Numbered from the stretch's first letter, positions 1-8,607 are shown. The stretch: DNA of 37,859 bases from a virus (IMGVR_UViG_2541047757_000015), one strand, 5' to 3'. Notes: generated by a model from the sequence alone, not told the origin. Numbers and translations are program-made.

Positions 1-90
1 TTGCCTCCCCCCCGTTGATGGGTAAAATAGCCGCAATTTTTCGTTTTCAACAAGCGCGGCGCGATGCCGCTTACTCAAGAAGAAAGAATT

Positions 91-165
91 ATGACGTTGT
101 CTCCTTATTTGCAAGAGGTGGCGAAGCGCCGCACTTTTGCCATTATTTCTCACCCCAATAATTAA
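91..165 (+). pseudogene. prfC: 5' fragment of peptide chain release factor 3 gene (first ~24 codons, then divergence and stop); chromosomal side of the prophage attachment junction
   Basis: Translation [22 protein letters not shown] matches the N-terminus of E. coli PrfC as I recall it (which continues DAGKTT); here it continues NN-stop. Integrase gene follows immediately. Confidence 0.5.
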
Positions 166-317
166 GCCTAAATTAAAGCTCTTTTACTTTTTCAAAGTCC
201 TTTCAGTTAATTGATGTTTGGTTTTATAAGTCATTTAAATACAGTTAGTTATGTGGCTTCTTTAATTGAAAATTCTTTCATGTAACTTTAAATCGATCAG
301 GTTGCTTTCATCAAAAA

Positions 318-378
318 TCTGTACATATACTTGTACATAATGTACAAAGCAGCAGAGGTGTTTTGCGATTTGTACAAG
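318..378. repeat. Four copies of the palindromic hexamer TGTACA within ~60 bp directly upstream of the int start; candidate arm-type or operator sites
   Basis: Seen directly: ctgtacatat, ttgtacataa, atgtacaaag, ttgtacaagg just before the int ATG at 386. Confidence 0.4.
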
Positions 379-385
379 GTGAGTA

Positions 386-1624
386 ATGGCGCTGTCTGAT
401 GCGTGGTTGCGTTCAGTCGTTGGAAAGGAACGTGATAAGGTTTTGGTTAAATCCGATCGTGATGGTCTGTCTGTCAGAGTATCACCGAAAGGTCGCGTAG
501 TGTTCCAATATCGTTATCAATGGGCAGGGAAAGGTGAGCGCCTTGATATCGGAACTTACCCGGCAACTGGATTAAAAGAGGCCAGAGAAGAAGTTATCCG
601 TCTCCGTGGTGAACTCGAGTCAAACCGCAATCCACGATTAGTCAAGCAGGCTGAAAAACGAAAAGCTACTGAAGCCATGACGGTAGAGTCTGTGATCCGT
701 GCCTGGTATGAAGCATATTGTGTAAAAAATAAAAAAGGTTCTGAACAGATACTCCGCTCGTTTGAGCTGCACCTGTTCTCTAAAATCGGGAATATCCCTC
801 ACGATGCAGCTACATTGCATGATTGGTTAGAAGTCCTAGAGCCTCTTAGCACCAAGACTCCAGCAATAGTAGACCGATTGCTAATTAACGCAAAGCAGGC
901 TCATGTCTGGGCGTATAAGAGAAAGCTCATTGAAACTCGCCCACTGTCGGATATCACGGGTAAAGATATGGATATCCGTAAAGGTCAGAAAAAACGGTTT
1001 CTGACACATGATGAAATTAACATCCTTTATGCTGCGATCGATGGTTCTCGAATGGTTCCTAAATACCGAGCCTTCATTAAACTATTGCTGCATTTTGGTT
1101 GCCGTAGTTCAGAGCTAATTACTGCTAGGGTGGATGATTTTGATTTCATAAATAAGGTATGGACTGTACCACCAGAACGACATAAGACTGGGGACATAAC
1201 AGGCGAACCGCTAAAGCGGCCCATTATTGAACCGGTTGAAGAGCTTATAAAATACGTTATCTCTATGAACAACGGTTCCGATATGCTTTTTACTAAGGAA
1301 GGAAGCAGGGAGCCAGTTGGTCGGACATCATTGCAGTCGCTGCCTTACAATTTAATGCAGTTCGCATGGCGACGTTTGGGGTATCAATTTCCTCATTGGT
1401 CTCTTCATGATTTGAGACGAACAGCACGAACAAACTTTTCTGATCTTACTGCTCCTCATATTGCTGAAATAATGCTCGGTCATAAACTGCCAGGGGTATG
1501 GCAAGTTTATGATAAGAGCGATTATCTAGAAGAACAGCGTAAAGCCTATCAGGCATGGTGGGATAGGGTTGATTCGATTCTTACTTACACTAATTTAGGT
1601 TCCAACAGACAGCCTATTGAATAA
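386..1624 (+). CDS. Tyrosine-type site-specific integrase (phage integrase family)
   Basis: 412-aa ORF with ATG start and AGGTGA ribosome-binding site; C-terminal HxxR...Y-type catalytic region (WSLHDLRRTARTNFSDL ... GHKLPGVWQVYDKSDY); sits at the prophage end next to the prfC fragment. Confidence 0.9.
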   Translation: MALSDAWLRSVVGKERDKVLVKSDRDGLSVRVSPKGRVVFQYRYQWAGKGERLDIGTYPATGLKEAREEVIRLRGELESNRNPRLVKQAEKRKATEAMTVESVIRAWYEAYCVKNKKGSEQILRSFELHLFSKIGNIPHDAATLHDWLEVLEPLSTKTPAIVDRLLINAKQAHVWAYKRKLIETRPLSDITGKDMDIRKGQKKRFLTHDEINILYAAIDGSRMVPKYRAFIKLLLHFGCRSSELITARVDDFDFINKVWTVPPERHKTGDITGEPLKRPIIEPVEELIKYVISMNNGSDMLFTKEGSREPVGRTSLQSLPYNLMQFAWRRLGYQFPHWSLHDLRRTARTNFSDLTAPHIAEIMLGHKLPGVWQVYDKSDYLEEQRKAYQAWWDRVDSILTYTNLGSNRQPIE

Positions 1625-1776
1625 TGAATAGACATACAGAGTAAGAAAATAGTAATGATTCTTGGATTATAATTAACTGGTTGCTGATATTTCGATTTGC
1701 CGATTTATGAAGAGACGGTCATTATACTTATAAAAACACCACTCCTTATCCTTACAGAAATAAGGAGTGGAAACAG

Positions 1777-3372
1777 TTATGGCTGAGACTCTGGTTTAGC
1801 AATCTCGTTTATAAATTTCTTAGCTACAACAGTCTCATACTTTCTATAATCATCAAGATATTGAACATCTATATGATTTTTGTAGCGAGCATTAAATTTA
1901 TTTGCATCCCCTGTTTTATCATCTTTACGTTCATCCGTTGGTCTGAAAAATTTATGGTAGCGGCGGGGTGATACCCCCTCAAAATCACAAAATATTACTT
2001 TGGAAGATTCTTCGTTCTTTGTTATTGCATCATTATGCAGATCAAGAGCAAGGCTTTTATCAAATGGCTCTATATATACTACTTTTTTTATTCCAGATGC
2101 GACAATATGCCTTGCACAGTTGTGGCAGGGATAGGTTGTCGTAAAAAGAATTTTATCTTTAGTATCGCCGTTTTGTTTTCTAGCCATTGATGTAATGACG
2201 TCCATTTCAGCATGAATTGATCTGGAGTACTCCATTACACTTGATATTTTGCTGTCTTTGTAAATGCCTTCTGCAATATTATCTAATTTGTTTAGAAGTC
2301 GTGTTATATTAATATCGGCAACAGTTTGTCCTGCGGAAATACCTAATACACTTCTTACTTCGGTTGATAATATGCTTTTTATACGGTCTTTAATTTTTTG
2401 CTTGTTTGCATCATTATAACACTTACCACTTTTGTGAACGCATCGATGATCGTTATCAAAATCATCACTGCTATACAACCCGCCACCAGCTTTAGGTACG
2501 TCGTTCTTACCCACGGCAAGCAAATTCCCTTCATCATCAAACAGTGCAGCCCCTACTTGACGTGATAAACAAGCTGATTGTAATGATGTTGAAAAGGCAG
2601 CATACATACCTTTCTCGTTAAAAGTTGGTGTTAAACCATTTTTGCCATGAATAAGACCGAAAAACCGATCAATCTTCTTCTTTAATTCACTTTTTTGGCT
2701 GAAGTTATTTTTAATAAAAAAATCTGAATCAAGAATGGTTTCCCCGGTTCTTTGTCCATACGGATCAGAGGATTTATTATCAATATTAATAATTAAATGA
2801 AGGTCGTCCTTTGTCGATTCGTCAGCAATGAGATTCGTAATTCGGTAATCTAAATCGCGCAAAACTCCTAACAAATAGAAATTATGCTGATATATAACTC
2901 TGAATAACTCTATTTCTTCCGGCCTTTTGAATTGATCAATGATGAAGACAGTACCTTTATATTCATCATTATTATAATCAATATTCTTTTTCGCTGCTGC
3001 GATTGCTGCAATAGCAGCTTCTGCAAGCAACTCATTTTTTTCGTAATGTTTACGAAGTTTATTGGCAATATCCTGGAGTTTTAAATGTCTATTAACTTGT
3101 GTGCTTTCGGATACCTTCAGTGCTGCTGGCTCAAAATATAATGGGTCTTCCATAAGCGCACTTATGCGGATGTGTACAACATTATACCCCCATTCTTTGG
3201 ATATCTCTTCGATAATTTTGTTTATCGTTTTCATTCCACATCCAACATATCCACATAATCCAAGATAAATATCTTTTGATTGTCGTGAATTCACAATCTC
3301 AAGTGATGATGCCGATGTTGAGCCTTTTTTTTCATTCAGCTTTTGTGGAGTTTTTTTTGCTGCTTCAGCCAT
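1777..3372 (-). CDS. Two-domain protein: N-terminal P-loop/kinase-like region plus C-terminal cytidine/dCMP deaminase domain; AvcD/DCD-like candidate anti-phage dCTP deaminase
   Basis: 531-aa ORF, ATG start. C-terminal zinc-binding deaminase motifs HAEMDVI and PCHNCARHI; N-terminal glycine-rich GYVGCGMKT; markedly AT-rich compared with neighbours; inserted between int and xis. Confidence 0.75.
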   Translation of the reverse strand: MAEAAKKTPQKLNEKKGSTSASSLEIVNSRQSKDIYLGLCGYVGCGMKTINKIIEEISKEWGYNVVHIRISALMEDPLYFEPAALKVSESTQVNRHLKLQDIANKLRKHYEKNELLAEAAIAAIAAAKKNIDYNNDEYKGTVFIIDQFKRPEEIELFRVIYQHNFYLLGVLRDLDYRITNLIADESTKDDLHLIINIDNKSSDPYGQRTGETILDSDFFIKNNFSQKSELKKKIDRFFGLIHGKNGLTPTFNEKGMYAAFSTSLQSACLSRQVGAALFDDEGNLLAVGKNDVPKAGGGLYSSDDFDNDHRCVHKSGKCYNDANKQKIKDRIKSILSTEVRSVLGISAGQTVADINITRLLNKLDNIAEGIYKDSKISSVMEYSRSIHAEMDVITSMARKQNGDTKDKILFTTTYPCHNCARHIVASGIKKVVYIEPFDKSLALDLHNDAITKNEESSKVIFCDFEGVSPRRYHKFFRPTDERKDDKTGDANKFNARYKNHIDVQYLDDYRKYETVVAKKFINEIAKPESQP

Positions 3373-3382
3373 TGCTAATTAC

Positions 3383-3568
3383 CTAGTCGAAAACTATATC
3401 AGTATTTATTATTTCAAAAAATGCATCAAGAATTTCTTTATTTTTCTTTTTACTTTCAAATGAAATGACATTATCTTGATTAAATGTTGTTAATTCAATG
3501 CAGATAGAATCAACCTGATCATTGGCGGCGATGCTCGATTCTATTTCATTAAATGCTATTACATTCAT
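3383..3568 (-). CDS. Small acidic ORF (61 aa) directly upstream of the deaminase gene; may instead mark an AvcI-like antitoxin RNA locus
   Basis: ATG start, stop 10 nt before the deaminase start, same strand; AT-rich; no recognisable protein family. Coding versus RNA status cannot be decided from sequence alone. Confidence 0.35.
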   Translation of the reverse strand: MNVIAFNEIESSIAANDQVDSICIELTTFNQDNVISFESKKKNKEILDAFFEIINTDIVFD

Positions 3569-3912
3569 TTATCTTATCCAAACATAATAAAAAACCATAT
3601 GGCCTTTAGTGTACAACAAAACCATACTCTTTCCCCTCATTTTAGAGGGGGAAGTGTGGTCCACATCATGTTTTTTCCCACCCATGAAAATGTTCACCTA
3701 GGCTGGTGAGGCATTTTATGCACATCAACTCTTTGAGTTGAATCATTATTTTAGTATTTTTTCTATCATTGTGTAAATGTCTTCGTTTCAATACATCATG
3801 CTTGGGGAGCGGTCCCCGTTTCCTGATAATTAATGCTTGTGGATAGCAACGTCCGTGCCTATATCGCTCAGACAGACGCTTACCGTGCCATAGACGTGTC
3901 TGTTCACATACG

Positions 3913-4107
3913 TCATTCAATAACTCCTGCAAACCTGTAAATCTTGCGTGACGCCCATTTATTTGGGCATGATTTAATATCAGGATCTGGAAAATCAGGC
4001 CTGTACTTCTGGCCAGTTCTCCGGTTTACGCTGTTCCAGCGAAGAACTGTCGATACTGAAACGCCACAGAATTCGGCAACTTGTTTTGTTGTCATTAAGT
4101 TGTTCAT
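3913..4107 (-). CDS. Excisionase / AlpA-family helix-turn-helix DNA-binding protein
   Basis: Internal start MNNLMTTKQVAEFCGVSVSTVLRW (HTH); its ATG overlaps the stop of the upstream gene (TAATG coupling); position next to the integration module. Confidence 0.6.
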   Translation of the reverse strand: MNNLMTTKQVAEFCGVSVSTVLRWNSVNRRTGQKYRPDFPDPDIKSCPNKWASRKIYRFAGVIE

Positions 4108-4502
4108 TAGTTCACCTTCTGCGGTTGTGCAGTTGAAAGACTCATTCCAGCGCGTTGCTGCCAGACAACCCAGCCGAGAGCCATATCCCATGCCATGTAC
4201 TCGTTATCGCCGTTTTTGGCTCTCCGACGATCTACTGAGTCACCGAAACGCTTTTCCATGAATAATTCATAAGATATTCGTTCATTTGTGATGGTCATTA
4301 CGGGAGGAGCTAGGTAGAGAGGCGTTCCACCATTTTTGTTGGTAAGTGCAACTACACTTTTACTCAGCATCCATGCCACCGGCTTTTTATCAAGAGAAGC
4401 CAAAGCTATTTGTGCTAGTTCCATTTGCTCGCCACGGGTAAGTCTGTTTTCAAGCGGATTTTTAATGAATAATTCGATACGTTCTTTGGTAATAGAATTC
4501 AT
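4107..4502 (-). CDS. Hypothetical early-left operon protein (CPS-53 YfdT-like position)
   Basis: 131-aa ORF, ATG start 1 nt after the upstream stop; same strand as neighbouring early genes. Confidence 0.55.
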   Translation of the reverse strand: MNSITKERIELFIKNPLENRLTRGEQMELAQIALASLDKKPVAWMLSKSVVALTNKNGGTPLYLAPPVMTITNERISYELFMEKRFGDSVDRRRAKNGDNEYMAWDMALGWVVWQQRAGMSLSTAQPQKVN

Positions 4503-4503
4503 G

Positions 4504-4866
4504 CTATTTCACCTTGATCTCAACATTTCGCAGCCGTAGCTCCACTGGCAGGTCTGACTTTCCGGTTAAAGCTAATGCGAGATTTTCTAGAGTAATGAGA
4601 GCTGTTATTGTTTTCCCCATCCAGGCGTTATCACCAACACGCTCAAGATGCGGAGGGTCGAATACAACCACCGAAAAAGATGCGTCTGCAAATGGTAATG
4701 CACGAGAATCAGCTATCAGGTCAGGACTGATAATCAGGCGTTGCCCATCGCACAATGTATGCTCTTCCTTTCTGATATCGCTGAATATCGCCCGTTCGTC
4801 ATTTGTATCGAACCAGAACATGCGACTGCCACAGCACATGTCGAGGATTGCTGCATGTCCAGTCAC
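4504..4866 (-). CDS. Small protein (120 aa) carrying SAM-methyltransferase-like motifs I and IV only
   Basis: GTG start overlapping the upstream stop (GTGA); motifs AILDMCCGSRMF (FxGxG-like) and VVFDPPH (DPPY-like); too short for a complete DNA methyltransferase. Confidence 0.5.
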   Translation of the reverse strand: MTGHAAILDMCCGSRMFWFDTNDERAIFSDIRKEEHTLCDGQRLIISPDLIADSRALPFADASFSVVVFDPPHLERVGDNAWMGKTITALITLENLALALTGKSDLPVELRLRNVEIKVK

Positions 4867-5213
4867 TGGTTGCCCCCTTTGCGAAGCCGTTCCGCCCATT
4901 CTTCAAGGGATTTCTCCGCATATTCACCAGACAGGCCATCAATCGGATGCGATTCATTAGCTAACTCTTCTTTCGCTGACAGAATCATGCGTGTAACGTC
5001 GAAAACTTCAGTCAAAGGCTTATTGATAAATCCGTGATTGAAAGCAGAAGCAAGACGGCTTGCGGTATAGTTAATACCCTCGTTGCGAGCCTCAGCACGT
5101 ACTTCATCGAATTTACGCACCAGATACTCAGCATTTGTTTCATTCACTTTCAGATCTCGCGGTACACATTTCCCGCGAAGAAAACCTTCCATTTCGAAAA
5201 CATTTATGCGCAT
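4863..5213 (-). CDS. Hypothetical prophage protein
   Basis: 116-aa ORF with protein-like composition, in the same leftward gene string; start codon uncertain. Confidence 0.45.
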   Translation of the reverse strand: MRINVFEMEGFLRGKCVPRDLKVNETNAEYLVRKFDEVRAEARNEGINYTASRLASAFNHGFINKPLTEVFDVTRMILSAKEELANESHPIDGLSGEYAEKSLEEWAERLRKGGNQ

Positions 5214-5740
5214 TTGCGTAACTCCGATAACTCGTTAAAACGTTCCATAAACATCCCGTAGGCATGGCCTGGTGACAGTGGAATAACTTTGAACATCTCT
5301 GTTGCCGGGATGCCTTCCAGTACAGGCCAGAAAGAGCCATCATCAAGCCCGAGATCACGGCGTTCGGTTGCCAGCATGATTAGATCGGCATATTTCACAG
5401 GCGTACTCATAACCGGGGGCAACTCGTATTTCTCACGGATTACTGCGTCTATTTTTTCTTCCATCCGTTTATAGTCAGGAAGAAGGCGTTTCAGTGGTGC
5501 GGGGATGTCCTGGCAATACGCTTCTGTTGCATCATGCATTAACGCTTCAAAAGCAAATTCCTGCGGCACCAGCTGGCTGCAAAGCACCGCATGTTGGGCG
5601 ACGCTGTAGAAGTGAGAAAGATGACCGGCAAAGCGGCAGATATTTGAAAGGGAAACCGCGATATCGTTAATCACGATGTCGTTTTTATTTATCTTGTCAT
5701 AATAAAAATGCTTCCCGGAAAAAGTTTTAATAAATGACAT
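5204..5740 (-). CDS. yfdR: HD-domain phosphohydrolase (YfdR-like 5'-deoxynucleotidase family)
   Basis: HD motif region SVAQHAVLCSQL ... ALMHDATEAY; internal ATG preceded by GGAG gives 178 aa, the length I recall for CPS-53 YfdR. Confidence 0.7.
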   Translation of the reverse strand: MSFIKTFSGKHFYYDKINKNDIVINDIAVSLSNICRFAGHLSHFYSVAQHAVLCSQLVPQEFAFEALMHDATEAYCQDIPAPLKRLLPDYKRMEEKIDAVIREKYELPPVMSTPVKYADLIMLATERRDLGLDDGSFWPVLEGIPATEMFKVIPLSPGHAYGMFMERFNELSELRKCA

Positions 5741-5867
5741 TTTGTTCTCCACGTATATGCACTGCACCGCGCTGAATTCTGGTAAAAGGAAGCCCTCACC
5801 ATCCGGTGATTATTGAGTTAATTACGTTTCCATAAATGCCCCCGCAGGGGCATTTGCAGTAATGAAA

Positions 5868-6692
5868 TCAGGCGGTGAAAGTACCAATAAAGGTTTCTAC
5901 TTTGCTGTCTTTGAATTTCTCAACAAGCAGATCACGAAATTCGTTAGCCATTTCTTCCTGGACTGCTTCCAACTGAATAATGCGCAGAACCAGTACAGGA
6001 CGATCGCCAGTGATAATGCTGAGGCGTAATTTAAACGGACGTTCTTTCAGACTTTCAAACGGAATGCATTTAAATTCAAATGCCACTGGCATAATATCTT
6101 TGGTCTTCGCTTCGACAGACTCCATCAGGGAGCGTTTTCCGCTGAAGTCATTATCTTCAAAATCAGCGGTCTGGTTTGCTTCAATCGTGATTTTACGGAC
6201 AGCCGCAGCCGCTTTTGTTGCCTGAATAGCGTCACCATTAGCATCAAAGCCTACAAGGTAGTCGGCCCAGTCTTCAATCCATTCTGCCAGTGACTTCTGG
6301 GAGTTACGCTCGCCGTTAACAGACAACAGAGCAGAGAACGGTGCTGTCTTTTTCAGTTTGAGAGTGGCAGTGTTATCTGCGTGACCTGGTTCATCAATAG
6401 TACCCAGGTTAAGCACACTGACGGCACGCATATTATCAGCATCGATAAAGCAGCGGGTGCCTTCATCTGCAAGATCTTTAGAATAACGGGTAAAGTCATC
6501 GATGCTGGCAGTGGAAAGCGCACCACGGAAACGGAAGCGATTTAAATTAAATTTTTCCAGATCATGAATGCGGAAATTCTCAGGCAATGCCACAGCATCG
6601 GCACCAATCTTACTGATAATTTCATTAACACCCTGAGCAGAAATAAGGGCATGGATTTGATTAATTGCGGTTGCGTCTAAGTTCTGAGACAT
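5868..6692 (-). CDS. yfdQ: YfdQ-like prophage protein (DUF2303 family)
   Basis: 274-aa ORF, ATG with GAGGA ribosome-binding site; length and position next to the HD protein match the CPS-53 yfdQ-yfdR arrangement as I recall it. Confidence 0.65.
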   Translation of the reverse strand: MSQNLDATAINQIHALISAQGVNEIISKIGADAVALPENFRIHDLEKFNLNRFRFRGALSTASIDDFTRYSKDLADEGTRCFIDADNMRAVSVLNLGTIDEPGHADNTATLKLKKTAPFSALLSVNGERNSQKSLAEWIEDWADYLVGFDANGDAIQATKAAAAVRKITIEANQTADFEDNDFSGKRSLMESVEAKTKDIMPVAFEFKCIPFESLKERPFKLRLSIITGDRPVLVLRIIQLEAVQEEMANEFRDLLVEKFKDSKVETFIGTFTA

Positions 6693-6757
6693 AATAAGTC
6701 CTCACTATATAAAGATATTCAGTGATGAGATAAATAATCAGTTTATTAAGAACGATA

Positions 6758-7120
6758 TTAATGACCTGCTGCGCGTAGTTTTCCGTCAGGCTCACCGGCA
6801 AGAGTCAGTAATTGTCCCTGGTCTTCCTGCAGAATAGTCAGGCGACCACCGCGATTGACATACATCGGCGTTTCGGTGGTGTCTTCTTCGGAAATTTTCC
6901 CGCGGTTAGTTGGGCGAACATATGAGAGTTTGTGTTTGATTTTCACACGGTTCTCATCAAACGGTTCGATTTCCAGATTGAGTGAGACCTTCCCTTTGGT
7001 TTTCGTGTTCATCACACCGGAAGCGACTTCACTGAGAACTGCGCCGATTTTGGTTTCAAATACGCCGCCGTCCAGCTCCCCGATAAATGCCTGCACATCA
7101 GTACTGCGTTCGCTAGCCAT
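6758..7120 (-). CDS. yfdP: YfdP-like prophage protein, first gene of the leftward early operon
   Basis: Internal ATG (MASERS...) preceded by GAGGAG gives 120 aa; lies directly downstream, on the leftward transcript, of the structured GC-rich leader. Confidence 0.55.
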   Translation of the reverse strand: MASERSTDVQAFIGELDGGVFETKIGAVLSEVASGVMNTKTKGKVSLNLEIEPFDENRVKIKHKLSYVRPTNRGKISEEDTTETPMYVNRGGRLTILQEDQGQLLTLAGEPDGKLRAAGH

Positions 7121-7139
7121 TTTGCTGCTCCTCATCATA

Positions 7140-7560
7140 TCGACCCTGCAAGGTCGGTTGGTTTCTCCACAAAACAGAGAAGAACACCTGGGTGGCAGCC
7201 GCCCGGATGGATTGGGTTATGAGCCCGTCGTCCGGTGATGCTCTTCTCTGTTTTGTAAAAAGAGCGGTGCCAGCCGGAAGCAAGTGTACAAACTGGTACC
7301 GCCAAAGCAGTGGCTGTTGTGGTGCCGGGTGCCTCCCGGTGCCTGGCGAAGGTTGCACACCAGGCGGGTGGGTATCCACAGAAGGTCGACTGTCAGCCTC
7401 AACCTTAACCCGCGTGCGCTGAGCCGCATTCACCACAACGCTAAGGATTCTCTCTGGTTGAAAATACTTAGCTGTTATGTGCCTGCTTTTAGCCACATCA
7501 GGCGAGGTGGACCTGGTTATTCCCCAACAACAAGGATTCGGTTAATCTTGATACCCCCAA
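7140..7560 (-). promoter_or_regulatory. GC-rich non-coding leader with a boxA-like motif and a 15-bp-stem hairpin; candidate nutL/put-like antitermination element or structured RNA
   Basis: Perfect 15-nt inverted repeat ACAAAACAGAGAAGA / TCTTCTCTGTTTTGT enclosing ~50 nt; on the minus strand GCTCTTTTTA (boxA-like) lies just 5' of the hairpin; ORFs here are Pro/Arg-rich and not protein-like. Confidence 0.3.
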
Positions 7561-7580
7561 TAACATGGTGATTATTTAAG

Positions 7581-8084
7581 ATGGACAAATTTGATAGAAG
7601 TGCACAAAGGCAGTTGTTACAAATACTGTATGATGCTCATCCTTATGAAATTTCTGATGATGCGTTGCAGTCTGTTCGTGACGCATTTGGAGATGATAAT
7701 GTCCTAATTTCGAACTTAATTTATCTCGAAGAACATGGCTTGATTAAGAATGCTCTTGATTATTACTTGGATGGCATAAATATAAATATTCCTGAATTAA
7801 GAATTACTAAAGATGGAATTGATTTCATTCGTGATGATGGAGGTCTTAAAGCTATTCTTGGGATTATGACAATAAGATTGCATGATGAGACTCTCTGTGA
7901 ACTTGAACGTATCATCAATAGTTCTACTTCTGCCACGACTGAAGATAAGAAGAAATTACTCTCTCAGCTTCGAACGCTTCCTGCCGACGCCATAAAACAG
8001 CTGACGATTCGATTACTTGGTCAGGGGCTTGACCATCTGCCGGACGTATTTCACGTAATTCAAAAAGCCCTCCATTCTCTGTAA
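7581..8084 (+). CDS. Hypothetical AT-rich accessory protein, possibly winged-helix-like at the N-terminus
   Basis: 167-aa ORF, ATG start, opposite orientation to flanking phage genes; TTGATA -35-like hexamer upstream placing a possible start near the ATG; own terminator downstream. Confidence 0.55.
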   Translation: MDKFDRSAQRQLLQILYDAHPYEISDDALQSVRDAFGDDNVLISNLIYLEEHGLIKNALDYYLDGININIPELRITKDGIDFIRDDGGLKAILGIMTIRLHDETLCELERIINSSTSATTEDKKKLLSQLRTLPADAIKQLTIRLLGQGLDHLPDVFHVIQKALHSL

Positions 8085-8262
8085 ATTCTGATTCTGGTCG
8101 GATTAGACAGAATCGTCCCCATCCGACCTGCTTACTAAGTAGAATCCAGAATTCGTCTTGTTGGTTGGTGCTGATAAAAAATCCATTAGGATGAACGTAA
8201 GCACAGAATATGACCATAGAACCCTCTTTTGTTACGGGGATACTAAGATTGTTAAAGAGCTA

Positions 8263-8286
8263 AGCGTCCTGTAGGGCGCTTTTTTG
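8263..8286 (+). terminator. Rho-independent terminator for the 7581..8084 gene
   Basis: Stem AGCGTCC / GGGCGCT with loop TGTA followed by TTTTTTG. Confidence 0.5.
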
Positions 8287-8370
8287 TTGCTAACGAATCA
8301 TCCGGTCATTCATACGCCACCGGCGGCTACTTCGTGGGCGTCCTGCCTGTCCGTGATAGCTTACATTATG

Positions 8371-8422
8371 TTGCTACTTAAAGTAGCAAAAATCAACAAC
8401 AAAAAGTAGATATTTGTTGTTG
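8371..8422. promoter_or_regulatory. 19-bp perfect palindrome plus adjacent 10-bp-stem hairpin; candidate left operator (O_L-like) for the CI repressor
   Basis: TTGCTACTT-A-AAGTAGCAA palindrome; adjacent CAACAACAAA ... TTTGTTGTTG inverted repeat; AAGTAG core is shared with the direct repeats at the cI start. Confidence 0.4.
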
Positions 8423-8607
8423 TCTATGATTTTTCTATAATTAATTGAAAGTTAAATGTTTTTGCTGATTTACTATGCTGTAAACTGAAAATATCGCACG
8501 AAGTTGGAGTAGGTATTGAGCATAGTGAATTATGAGGAGGGAGTTTTTTATGAGATTAATCAGGGAGAAAGAAGAGTAAAGCCCGGTTATGCGGCCGGGC
8601 ACATGCA

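Noticed and set aside
3666-3932. 88-aa minus-strand ORF between the small upstream ORF and xis
   Set aside because: Highly basic, Arg/His-rich translation, overlaps the xis stop region, no ribosome-binding site; probably non-coding promoter or att-arm sequence.
4107-4866. Idea that the MTase-motif ORF and the following ORF are two halves of one split methyltransferase
   Set aside because: The downstream ORF shows no methyltransferase motifs and the frames differ; kept only as a low-probability note in the findings.
7113-7571. Several 70-130-aa ORFs on both strands in the GC-rich 7140..7560 region
   Set aside because: Pro/Arg/Gly-rich low-complexity translations, mutually overlapping, no ribosome-binding sites; the region is better explained as structured non-coding sequence.
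7924-8217. 97-aa minus-strand ORF considered as a possible N-like antiterminator
   Set aside because: No arginine-rich motif, overlaps the 3' end of the better-supported plus-strand gene, and composition is not protein-like.
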